NCBI GenBank assembly: GCA_963771075.1 | Contig: CAVYSE010000028.1 | Location: 224,001-288,000, forward strand | DNA from: a candidate division FCPU426 bacterium | GTDB lineage: Bacteria; Oederibacteriota; Muellerivitia; Muellerivitales; Muellerivitaceae | Length of the DNA: 64,000 nt | Direction: 5' to 3' | Shown here: positions 38,901 through 46,858 of the stretch, in pieces | How the letters are laid out: each line of letters starts with the position of its first letter | Position numbering within the stretch: the first letter of the stretch is position 1 | Notes under the pieces: model-generated | Database searches by the model: none | What the model was told of the DNA's origin: nothing | Seen by the model: the letters and a program-made list of their open reading frames with translations, nothing else | Made by a program: the position numbers and the translations under genes

Positions 38901-39072
38901 TCAAGGGCAATAGGGGTTCCCAAGCCTCACGGTCGAACAGGGGCTGGGCGAGACTTGCCAATTCTTTCCAAGCCCTCAAGGTGTTTTTATAGCCGAATTC
39001 TTTAAGGGCCAGCAATTCATGATGAGAGGGAGGTTCCGGGCTTAGGTAAGAAGTGAGGGAGGCCGGATTCAT
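35992..39072 (-). CDS. glnE: Bifunctional glutamine synthetase adenylyltransferase/adenylyl-removing enzyme
   Basis: Two GMGKLGGRE(L/M)NY.SD.DL nucleotidyltransferase motifs, VDMRLRPEG / VDARLRPMG, KLGKGGIREIEF. Confidence 0.95.
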   Translation of the reverse strand: MNPASLTSYLSPEPPSHHELLALKEFGYKNTLRAWKELASLAQPLFDREAWEPLLPLMLHEIAHSPDPDLALSQFSNFAGKAFHRSQLYEYLSHTPPARHGLAQILGFSPYLASILCHDPNLFYWLFVEEGLYSKFVPGKLEEIFRLEMEAALDGEGKLEALRRVKRRRMLRLGARDILGLSNVRELTLELSDTADLILQKVLDLGKEALVPRYPFPPRGQCVVLGMGKLGGRELNYHSDVDLLFVYEPAPGDQETEVRQYFNELAEWVIAALPAQAALGALYKVDMRLRPEGLGDMAKALDAYLEHYENRGQPWELQALLKARPVAGYLDLGKKFLKGVEPLIFRKNLDAIYLKEIREIMGLIKKKMESKGREKTHVKLGKGGIREIEFIVQFLQLLHGGLHPEVRSANSLEGLEALAKGGYLLKTDAQALEESYCFLRQLEHRLQMVEGLQTHTLPSKGVDMERLARSLGFKPENGFSASKPFLAAYREVTQQVHGLYQEVFKIRVRRDATAKVIEAALGADPEALERELQGGIFLDPAQAATNLMALVARLRKSAGAKGENLWTQAGPGLLKALSKTPYADRALNQMESFLRASSLPDVYLRYLDENPALLKWMLELFSNSLFLSEILVTHPGNFDIVIRALGERTPQSVQDFLDVLEDRIAVTNDWEDRLNLLREVKDGEVLRVGLQDLMGRRELMDCFAELSRLATALSRSGLGIASQKLGIPCVETQPCAPKGFCLLGMGKLGGREMNYGSDLDLLFVYGDQEAKEVGFETYLKLSELFTQVMASPTAHGRAYKVDARLRPMGREAQMIHSVAAYRQYFQTFAQSAERLAYTRAVYLAGDRQTATEVKEIIDGFVYGRGLTRIEFDEILDIRQQMEEKAKKAQGLELKVSPGGIVDIEFFVQILQVSHGKDKNILRIPHVPTALGLFKEEGMVPSDVLDEMLDAYRFYRLLEARHRMVRETGDDELPTDPDRLKRLAWRAGLGREKEAAEKMLERVEETQKRVRAIFNRLPEWVRFEEKN

Positions 39073-39077
39073 GACGC

Positions 39078-39425
39078 CTATCGCAGGGCCTGGTCGCCCT
39101 TTTCATTCGTTCGGATCCGCATGGCATCCAAAACCTGGGAAACGAATACCTTGCCATCACCGATCTTGCCCGTCTTGGCCGAGCGGGAAATGGCTTCCAA
39201 GATGGCGTCCTTCTTATCGTCGGTACAGACGATCTCCAGTTTCAACTTGGGCAAGAACTCGATGGGTACCGAAGCGCCCTCGAAAATTTCCTCATGTCCC
39301 TTTTGCTTGCCGAACCCGCGCACTTCCAGAACCGTCATTCCGGTCACCCCCGCCTTGACCAGGGCCTCCTTCACCGTATCCAACTTGTGGGGTTTAATGA
39401 CGGCTTCGATCTTGAGCATGGGCAA
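39078..39425 (-). CDS. glnB: PII nitrogen regulatory protein
   Basis: IEAVIKP.KL..VKEAL, EVRGFGKQKGH, FLPK, AKTGKIGDGKVFV; could equally be a GlnK-type. Confidence 0.93.
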   Translation of the reverse strand: MPMLKIEAVIKPHKLDTVKEALVKAGVTGMTVLEVRGFGKQKGHEEIFEGASVPIEFLPKLKLEIVCTDDKKDAILEAISRSAKTGKIGDGKVFVSQVLDAMRIRTNEKGDQALR

Positions 39426-39572
39426 TTCCCCTTTCTTGTAACGCGGTCCTTATTATCGGCTCACGGGGTCCAAAATGATGCTTGTTCAGGTCTAATTTTT
39501 AGTGCATTCCTAAAAAGTGACTTCTCGGCTTGCGGGCATCAAAAAGCAAGCTTTTCCGGGTGCCTGGGTGGT

Positions 39573-40022
39573 TCATCCTTTGAAAACCCCTATCGTCTTT
39601 TCCCATTTTTCAACTCCACCCGGGACAACCCTGAATAAGGGATGGGGTTTAATCACTTGGTTTTTCTTCATTCCTTTGAACCTTAGCGGGTCCCTGCGTT
39701 TAAGTTTTTCGCGCAAGTGCTCCCATTCGAATGTCATTTGCCCTTTGTTGACAAAAATTGGCTTAAATTTATTTCGGTTGTTTTTTAGCTTCGTTCGGTC
39801 GAATGAATAACCCCTGCGGTTGGCTTCCTCCCAAACCTCCAATAAATATTGATGGATCGTAGCTTCAGGAGACGGTTGGGCTTTAAACCGATCCAGTTGA
39901 GGGTGATTCCGGTAGCCTTTGGTTTTACCCTTTAAAACTTTTTGCGCTAGTAGGCCTTCCCTCCAGAGGGCGACCAGGCCCTTTGTGTCGAGGTAACTTG
40001 GATGAATGGACCAAAGCCGCAT
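39573..40022 (-). CDS. Pyrimidine dimer DNA glycosylase / T4 endonuclease V-like protein
   Basis: MRLWSIHPSYLDTKGLVALWREGLLAQKVL..GYRNHPQL.RF. Confidence 0.88.
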   Translation of the reverse strand: MRLWSIHPSYLDTKGLVALWREGLLAQKVLKGKTKGYRNHPQLDRFKAQPSPEATIHQYLLEVWEEANRRGYSFDRTKLKNNRNKFKPIFVNKGQMTFEWEHLREKLKRRDPLRFKGMKKNQVIKPHPLFRVVPGGVEKWEKTIGVFKG

Positions 40023-40162
40023 AAGAGAAATCCCTTTGGGATTACGAGAAAATGAAATGGCTACCCGGATTAAACGATTTGCGAATCAGCTTCTCTATTT
40101 TAAGTCATTAATCCCAAGTTAAGTTCCCGATGAAATGTTCCAGGATAAACCCATGTGGAAGC

Positions 40163-40192
40163 TTGACGAATTGTCTCTTGTAAGAGACAATT
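40163..40192 (+). promoter_or_regulatory. TA promoter with overlapping operator palindrome; probably leaderless
   Basis: TTGACG-N17-GACAAT; palindrome AATTGTCTCTT-gt-AAGAGACAATT (40169-40192); ATG 6 nt after the -10 box. Confidence 0.7.
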
Positions 40193-40197
40193 ACTTT

Positions 40198-40548
40198 ATG
40201 GAATCTAGGCCCCGCATCGTCCTTTATTACCAGACCGTTGAGGGGATTAAGCCCATTCTCGTTTGTCTGAATTCCTTGAAGGACGCCAAAGGGAAGGTGG
40301 CTGTTTTCGAGCGGTTAAAACGCGCTCAACGTGGAACTCTTGGCCACTGTGATGATCTTGGCGAGGGGGTTTGGGGATTCAAAATAGACGTTGGGCCGGG
40401 TTACCGGGTTTATTTCGGGCAAGATGGACAGGTGTTGATTATCCTCTTGTGCGGCGGGGAAAAGCATCGGCAAGACCGGGATGCCAAAATGGCAAGGGCC
40501 TACTGGCAGGACTATAAAGCCAGGAAGCAGAAGGGCAGGGAAAAATGA
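40198..40548 (+). CDS. RelE/HigB-like addiction module killer protein
   Basis: RLKRAQRGTLG...LGEGVWGFKIDVGPGYRVYFGQDG..IILLCGGEK..QDRD. Confidence 0.88.
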   Translation: MESRPRIVLYYQTVEGIKPILVCLNSLKDAKGKVAVFERLKRAQRGTLGHCDDLGEGVWGFKIDVGPGYRVYFGQDGQVLIILLCGGEKHRQDRDAKMARAYWQDYKARKQKGREK

Positions 40549-40898
40549 AAAAGCAAAAATATCCTCCCGTTGGGGGAACGCTTGATGATTTGATCATCGA
40601 CCAACTAAAGGCCGATGAGGATTTCCGCTATGAGTACCTCAAGAGCGTCCTAAAGGAAAAGGACGTTCCTCTTTTGGCGCTCAAGCTAAAACCCCTCGTG
40701 GACGTTTTGGGCGGTATTGGAAAACTCGCGAAAAAGACCGGTTTGGGCCGGCAGAATCTTTATAAGGTTTTATCGGGGAAAGTCCGCCCTGAATTTTCCA
40801 CGATCTCAAAAATCATCAACTTTGCGGGTTATGATTTATCCCTTGAAAAAAAGCCGGCAGGGAAAAAACATGGCCGGCCTTTGGCAGTTGCTAGTTAA
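40545..40898 (+). CDS. HTH addiction module antidote (HigA-like)
   Basis: GGIGKLAKKTGLGRQNLYKVLSGKVRPEFSTI; ATGA-coupled to the toxin. Confidence 0.88.
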   Translation: MKKQKYPPVGGTLDDLIIDQLKADEDFRYEYLKSVLKEKDVPLLALKLKPLVDVLGGIGKLAKKTGLGRQNLYKVLSGKVRPEFSTISKIINFAGYDLSLEKKPAGKKHGRPLAVAS

Positions 40899-40935
40899 TT
40901 ACCAGGCACCATTACCCATTTTCTTAGCCCAACCG

Positions 40936-40958
40936 GGCTCCCCAGGTTGGACTCGAAC
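40936..40958 (-). other. tRNA 3'-end fragment (T-loop plus acceptor strand, tRNA-Asn-like); possible att scar
   Basis: Minus strand GTTCGAGTCCAACCTGGGGAGCC; no 5' half upstream. Confidence 0.6.
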
Positions 40959-40986
40959 TTCATCAATTATGAAGCGGTTATATGTT

Positions 40987-42500
40987 CTATTCCACGGCCT
41001 TGCCCAGGAAGGGCACATTGGGCACCGGCAAATTCTGGAAAGCCCGGGGCAGGGCCGGTTCCACGAAGTTGTGAAGAATTTCCTGGTGAAAAATCCCCAG
41101 CATTAAAACCCCCACCGCCAAAACCATGATCGGAAAAAGGGTCGAAAAGGAGGGCGGGGCCAGGTCCGGCACGGCGGGCCGGTGCTCACAAAGGTAAAAG
41201 GTGAATTTTCCCAGGTAAAACAAGTTGAATAGGGTCGCCACCGTGAGAATCGCCAGGAGCGCCCAATCATGTTTCTCGATCGCGCCTTGGAAGAGGTAGA
41301 ACTTCGCGAAAAATCCACCGGTGGGCGGGATCCCCACGGCCGAGGCCAGGAAAACCATCAGGGCGGTCCAGGTCCAGAACCGGTGGCGGGCCATGCCGAT
41401 CAACCGCGAGAGGGGATGGGGGCCCGCCCCCCCTGGCGAAGACCTTCGGAAACGAAATAGAGGCCCGTCACGGCCAGGGTCTGGCTTAACAATTCCAACA
41501 AGCTTCCCGCCAAGCCGCTTTTGTTCCCCAGTAGAAACCCCGCCAAAAGATATCCACCCTGGGCCACGCCCAGATAGGCCACGGCATGTTGAAAATCCTT
41601 TTGCCGCGCCGCGAAAAGGAAATTCGCGAGAAAAAGCGACACGAGCAGGTAAAGAAGGATCGTTACCCAGAGGGGGATGACCAATCCAGGCACGTTCAAG
41701 GTGAAGAAACACAGGATGAACAAAAGATAACCCGTCGCCCGGGCCCCCGTCGAAACCAGGAAACCGGTGACAAAGGAAGGGGTGTGGTTCAAAAGCCGGC
41801 TGAATAGGGTGGGAATGGGAAAGATCGCGGGAAAGGCCCACGCGCAAACCGTGAAAAAACCGGCGGCCAGGGCGACTTCCGGGGTTTTGGAAGTGAACAA
41901 TTGGGCGAGCAGGTCGTCCAACTGGACCGTACCAGCGGAGGCGGCCAAACAAATCACCCCCAACAGGTATAGGGTCGCGGCGGCGCTGCCCCAAAGCAAA
42001 ACCCGGTAGGCGTCCAATGTGCTTTTAGGATTGAGCAGAAGAAGGGTTCCCGCCCAGAAGACCACCAGTATTTGTAATAGAAGATAAAGTGAAAAAGCGT
42101 CCCTGAGCAAAAGAAAGCCGAGGGCCGCGCCCGTGATGAGGAGAAAGAGGGAGAGGAGCCATCTCTCCCTGCGGGCTCCGGTAGGCCCGGGCAGGCGGAG
42201 CCGATGGGCGTAAAACCAGGCCAGTAGGGCAACCGCCAAGACAAAACCGCAAAGCAGGGCGTTGAAAGGCGTTTCCCTCAGTTCGATCCCCCAGGGCGGG
42301 GCCCATCCCCCTAACTCGTAATTCCAGAAACCCCTCGCGAGCAGGGTCGGCAAGGTTTTCCATAGCACCGCCATGTCCAAGAACAAAACCGCCGCATAGA
42401 TAAGGGAGCAAAGGCGGCGGGAAAACAGGGAGGCTCCCAAGCAAAGAAAAGCCCCCAACCAGGGAAGGACAAGAAGGATCACCGGCCCATGCTGGCTCAT
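40987..42500 (-). CDS. MrpD/MnhD-like antiporter-type subunit, frameshifted in a homopolymer at about 41430
   Basis: GGWAPPWGIEL; later AYLGVAQGGYLL, then in the other frame SAVGIPPTGGFFAKFYL; ORFs 41400-42500 and 40987-41994 join on removal of one base. Confidence 0.8.
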
Positions 42501-42832
42501 GGCTTCAGTCTCCGGTTGATCTCATCCTCATCCCAGGTTCCATTCTGGCTTTTTAATAAGAAAGCCATTCCGAACAGGAGGAAACCTATGAGAAGGGCGA
42601 CCAGAAAAACGACCACCCCCAAGCACAAGGCCATGGGATTCGCCCCGGTGGAACCCGGCGCCGGGTTTTCAATCGCGAACTGGATCAGAAGAAGGCCGGC
42701 GGAAGCTTGAAGCAGGAACCAGGCTCCCGCCTTATAGTCGACCCGCTTGAAATGGAATAGGCCCCCAAAACCCACCACTGCCAGGACCAGGGGAAGCCCG
42801 AAATGGAAGAGAGGGGCGAGGGAAAAGGTCAT
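42497..42832 (-). CDS. MrpC/MnhC-like small membrane subunit
   Basis: Three TM helices, ANPMALCL..VALLIG, GTWDEDEI; ATGA-coupled at both ends. Confidence 0.7.
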   Translation of the reverse strand: MTFSLAPLFHFGLPLVLAVVGFGGLFHFKRVDYKAGAWFLLQASAGLLLIQFAIENPAPGSTGANPMALCLGVVVFLVALLIGFLLFGMAFLLKSQNGTWDEDEINRRLKP

Positions 42833-43332
42833 GGTTTTCCCTTCGAGCGGACCAGGAAGGACAAGACATAGGCGCCCATGGCCAGGCCCAAGGCCCAAGC
42901 CGCACCCAGCACCCTGGCTCGGATGGGCGGCGCGAAGAGGGTCCAGCACTCATAGTCCAGGAACCGGCACCCCTTCATGACACTGAAGAGCCCCAGTCCC
43001 AAAAGAGCCAGGCTCATGAGTATCGTGATAAAGGAGAAAATACCGGGAAGAAACGGCATTTCAATATTCGGGTCTTGGGAGCATTCCCAACGAAGCAGAC
43101 AGGCCCCGACCGCCAGGAGGGACAACAGGAACAGGTCAAAGGAACGATAATCACTGAGGACCGCGAGAATAGGATGGGATATACCGGTTTCCGCCATGGA
43201 TTGGGTTTCATAGCGGGCGCTCACATGGACCGAAAGAGGGGCGGTGACATCCCCCGGCAGGGGCACCTGGGTGAGGGACCAGGCGAAGACCAGGGCGAAG
43301 AAACCCGTCAATATCCAGGAAACGGCTTTCAA
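42829..43332 (-). CDS. MrpB/MnhB-like membrane subunit
   Basis: AETGISHPILAVLSDYRSFD (variant of the N.V..IL.DYR.FDT motif), four TM helices. Confidence 0.7.
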   Translation of the reverse strand: MKAVSWILTGFFALVFAWSLTQVPLPGDVTAPLSVHVSARYETQSMAETGISHPILAVLSDYRSFDLFLLSLLAVGACLLRWECSQDPNIEMPFLPGIFSFITILMSLALLGLGLFSVMKGCRFLDYECWTLFAPPIRARVLGAAWALGLAMGAYVLSFLVRSKGKP

Positions 43333-43402
43333 ATTCCCTCCAGGGAATGGGGGTAAAAATCGAGGAGCGTCCTATCCTAGGGCGCATCCCTAAAGTCCGT
43401 CA

Positions 43403-45613
43403 ATGTCGGCGAATCCGCTTTCGGGTTATCATAGCCTTCAACCCCAACGAAAGGAGTTTGGATTGCCCCAATCGAACGCCCCATCCATCGGGGCGAATCT
43501 TTCACGGTCCCGGTTTCCGGCCCTCCTGGCGGCCGGGGCCTTAGGACAATATTTTCTCTCCCAGTCCAACTCTCCCTGGACCCTGGGGCCGGGACTTGTC
43601 TTTTACGCCCTCGCCTTCTGGCTCTTGTCGAATGATAACAAACTCAACCCCCAAGCCCCGTTAAATCCCCCCTTGGACAATCTTTCCCCGAAAAGTGAAT
43701 TCCTTCTTTTTATTCTCATATTTTTGCTCGCGCTCTTTTTCCGCCTTTACCGCCTGGACAGCCTGCCCGCGGGGATGCATACGGACCAGGGGCTCATGGG
43801 GGAATACGGGCTGTGGGTCCAAAAGGGCTGGCGGCCCTTTTTGGACGTATTGGGTTACCAAGTCCCGGAAGTGCTCCTGGGCTATCTCTTGGCAGGATGG
43901 TATGGCCTCTTCGGCGCTTCCTATATTTCCTACCACGCATTTTTCATCGCCCTGGCCATGGCGGCTTTCCCTTTCATCTACTGGACCTTCCGGCAATGGG
44001 CGGGACCCCGGACCGCTCTTTTTTCCCTTTTCGTGCTGGCGGTCATGCGGTGGAATTGGACGGAACCACGGGTCGGTTACCCCAGTTCGGAAGTTGGATT
44101 TTTCCTGTTCGCGGGGCTGGCCTTTTGGCTCCACTGGGTACGCACAAGATGGAACCCTTCGCTTTACCTTTCCGCGATTTGGGTGGGGTTGGGCCTCTAT
44201 ACCTACCAGATCTTCAAGGCGGTTCCCTTTCTTTGCCTGATCTACGCGACCTATGAGCTTCGACACGGCTTTAAAAAACCCAAGCGCCTGGCGCTGTGGG
44301 CGGGAATCATCCTGGCTTTCGCTCTTCCCCTGCTGTCTTATTTCGCCCTGAACCACACGGCCGGAAACCGGGAAGGCATCCTTTTTATCGGCCAAACCCT
44401 GGAGTCCCAGCACAGCCTGAAACCCTTGTGGGACGAGGTGGCTTCCAACTTATTGATGTTCAACCGCCAAGGCGACCCTAACCCGCGTCACAACCTGCCC
44501 GGTCTAAGGATGCTGGATGACGTGACGGGTTTTTGCTTTATTCTCGGCCTGGGGTTGGCTTGGCTTCGGCGCAAGGAAAGGATGGGATTTTATCCCCTGG
44601 CGGGATTTCTCCTTTTCATGGGCGTGGCCTTTCTCACCAATGACCCCGCCAATTCCAACCGGCTTTGGGTCTTGTCGGTGTTCGCCGCCTATTTCGCGGG
44701 CTCCACCCTGGAGAACTTCCGCTCAAAATTAAAACCCGGTTGGCGGGTGAGAGGGATGGGTATCCTGCTGTTGTCGGCCATGGCTTTCCAAAACGCCCGG
44801 ATCTATTTCGTCCAGATCGACCGTGACCCCCAATGCCGAGGTTCTTACGGTTCCGAACAAAGCTACATCGGCCGGACCGTGGAGAACATGGAAAAAACCT
44901 ATCCCGGCCGCTATCGTTTTTTCATACCCCCTCTTTATACACAGAATCACACGGTCAAGTTCCTGACGGACGCCTGCGGTGCGGCCGTAACACCTCTTCA
45001 AATAGATGATTTGGCCTCAGGCCGCATGCCCAAGGATAAGGACATGGTCTTTTTCATGGAGGAAGGAAAAGCCGGGGTCGCGGAATTTCTGCGCGCCCTA
45101 TTCCCCGGGGGGAAAGATGACAGTTTGGAGGATACGAACCGCCAAATTCTGGTCTACCGCTATGAGGCACCTCGGGAAGTCCTTAATTCGTTCAAAAAAT
45201 GGGACCGGGGAATTCAGGGAACCTACTGGAATTCCACCGGGCCGGCGGGAATCCCCGTCACTGTCAAATGGGACCCGCTCTTGAATTTTTCCAACAAACT
45301 GGATTTTCCCTTCCAAAGCGGACCGCCCTTTTTCATCCGCTGGAAAGGGACCCTGAACCTTTCGGTCGCCGGAGCTTATTCTTTCGAGGCCCTAACCATG
45401 GACGGGGCCTCGGTTTGGGTGGACGAGAAGTTATGCTTCGAATCGGGGAAATCGTCCCAGGATAAGGTACGGCTCGGCCAAGGGCCGCATTCGCTCCGGG
45501 TGGAGTACCATAAAACCTCCGGGGACTGGATGGCCCTGCACTTGATCTGGATGCGCCCGGGAGCCACCGGTTGGGAGGTGGTACCTGCCGCCGCCTTCGG
45601 AAAAATCAAATGA
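43403..45613 (+). CDS. GT-C (PMT/ArnT-like) glycosyltransferase with C-terminal PA14 domain
   Basis: FRLYRLDSLPAGMHTDQG, GDPNPRHNLPG; C-terminal GIQGTYWN..FFIRWKGTL..GAYSF..DGASVWVD..GPHSLRVEY..LIW. Confidence 0.82.
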   Translation: MSANPLSGYHSLQPQRKEFGLPQSNAPSIGANLSRSRFPALLAAGALGQYFLSQSNSPWTLGPGLVFYALAFWLLSNDNKLNPQAPLNPPLDNLSPKSEFLLFILIFLLALFFRLYRLDSLPAGMHTDQGLMGEYGLWVQKGWRPFLDVLGYQVPEVLLGYLLAGWYGLFGASYISYHAFFIALAMAAFPFIYWTFRQWAGPRTALFSLFVLAVMRWNWTEPRVGYPSSEVGFFLFAGLAFWLHWVRTRWNPSLYLSAIWVGLGLYTYQIFKAVPFLCLIYATYELRHGFKKPKRLALWAGIILAFALPLLSYFALNHTAGNREGILFIGQTLESQHSLKPLWDEVASNLLMFNRQGDPNPRHNLPGLRMLDDVTGFCFILGLGLAWLRRKERMGFYPLAGFLLFMGVAFLTNDPANSNRLWVLSVFAAYFAGSTLENFRSKLKPGWRVRGMGILLLSAMAFQNARIYFVQIDRDPQCRGSYGSEQSYIGRTVENMEKTYPGRYRFFIPPLYTQNHTVKFLTDACGAAVTPLQIDDLASGRMPKDKDMVFFMEEGKAGVAEFLRALFPGGKDDSLEDTNRQILVYRYEAPREVLNSFKKWDRGIQGTYWNSTGPAGIPVTVKWDPLLNFSNKLDFPFQSGPPFFIRWKGTLNLSVAGAYSFEALTMDGASVWVDEKLCFESGKSSQDKVRLGQGPHSLRVEYHKTSGDWMALHLIWMRPGATGWEVVPAAAFGKIK

Positions 45614-45654
45614 TTCACCGCGAAGACGTTAAGAAGAACTAAAAACCTAAACTA

Positions 45655-46306
45655 TTATTGGGCCCAGCCTTCCTGGCCCAAAAGTGGAACGAACCTGACC
45701 CGGTATAGTTCCTTTTCCTGGAAATGGGTCTCGGAGCGTTTAAGAACCCTCACCAGGTTTTGTTCTTCCCTGCTCCCCACCGGGATCGACCAGGATTCCC
45801 CCGATTTTCAACTGCGTTAAAAGGCTTTTGGGCACTCGCGGGCTTCCCGCGGAAACCAGGATGGAATCAAAGGGCGCCTTTTCCACCCAGCCCAAGGTTC
45901 CGTCACCTGTTCGGGTTTCGACGTTTGAAATGCCTATGGATTTCAAACGGGCTAGGGCGGAGTCCATCAGCTGGGGTTCCTTCTCCATGGCGAAAACCTC
46001 TCCCACCAAACCCGCGAGGACGGCGGCCAGGTAACCGCTTCCTAAACCCACTTCCAGCACCCGATGTGTCTTTTGGGGTTCCAACAGCTCGATCATGGAA
46101 GCCACGATATAGGGTTGGCTGATGGTTTGGCCGAAACCGATGGGCAGTGGTCCGTCCTGGTAGGCCTTGGGTTGCTGGTCCTCGGGGACAAACCGGTGGC
46201 GGGGAATATCCAGCATGGCCTGGAGCACCCAGGGGTTCCGGACGCCCCTTTTCTCCAACTGGTCCTTCACCATGGTGTGCCGCTCGTCGAGGCGGTCTGT
46301 ATCCAT
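45655..46306 (-). CDS. pcm: Protein-L-isoaspartate O-methyltransferase, with a +1 frameshift near 45788
   Basis: IPRHRFVP, GQTISQPYIVA, VLEVGLGSGY, GDGTLGW..APFD; shifted frame restores LVIPVG..VRFVPLLG..GW; RBS GGAGGTG before ATG 46306. Confidence 0.92.
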
Positions 46307-46356
46307 CCGCACCTCCACAAAAATGGAACTATGCGCTCGTATAACAAAAAAATAAA

Positions 46357-46521
46357 CCCTCTCCCCTTGTGGGAGAGGGCAAGGGTGAGGGGTGCTTTGC
46401 GTTTGGAATCCCCCACATGCCGACATTCCATAAAACTTTTAAAGATGTCGGTATCGTACCGATCACCTTGATTTTGAGTGAGGATCGGCACATCCCAACC
46501 TTCTCCCTCCAGGGGAGAAGG
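46357..46521. repeat. Inverted pair of CCCTCTCCC...GGGAGAGGG-type REP-like palindromes
   Basis: CCCTCTCCCcttgtGGGAGAGGGcaagggtgagggg (46357-46392) and inverted catcccaaCCTTCTCCCtccagGGGAGAAGG (ends at 46521). Confidence 0.7.
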
Positions 46522-46609
46522 TAAAAACCGAACGGGAAAGCTATTCCGCCGGTGTTAAACCTGGTAGATCTGACCCCTAGAAATCCATAGGCCCAATTAA
46601 GTGAAGTTT

Positions 46610-46804
46610 TTATTTGGAATATTTGCTTTCGAGGTAACCAGAATAGATTTTCTTTTCATCTAAGTCCTTTTTTATGGGGGCGATACCGGACAATTCCCTA
46701 ACGAGGGGTGTGATTCCTTTTCCGGGGATGGTTTTTGATTTAATCCTTAACCCGATGAATTTTTGTTTGAATTTGAGGGTATGTTTGGCTTTTGTTGTTT
46801 TCAT
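46610..46804 (-). CDS. Small antitoxin-like protein (DUF6364-like C-terminus), orphan
   Basis: ITPLVRELSGI..DEKKIYSGYLESKYSK; AT-rich; no toxin gene downstream. Confidence 0.5.
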   Translation of the reverse strand: MKTTKAKHTLKFKQKFIGLRIKSKTIPGKGITPLVRELSGIAPIKKDLDEKKIYSGYLESKYSK

Positions 46805-46858
46805 GATAAGAATTATATCTGTTTTTGTTATACGGACACATCAAGCCTTGAACCACAC

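Noticed and set aside
40936..40958. Complete tRNA gene
   Set aside because: Only the T-loop and 3' acceptor strand are present; no D or anticodon arm upstream.
46307..46426. Listed N-terminal extension of pcm
   Set aside because: It is a translation of the REP-like palindrome; a strong RBS supports ATG 46306.
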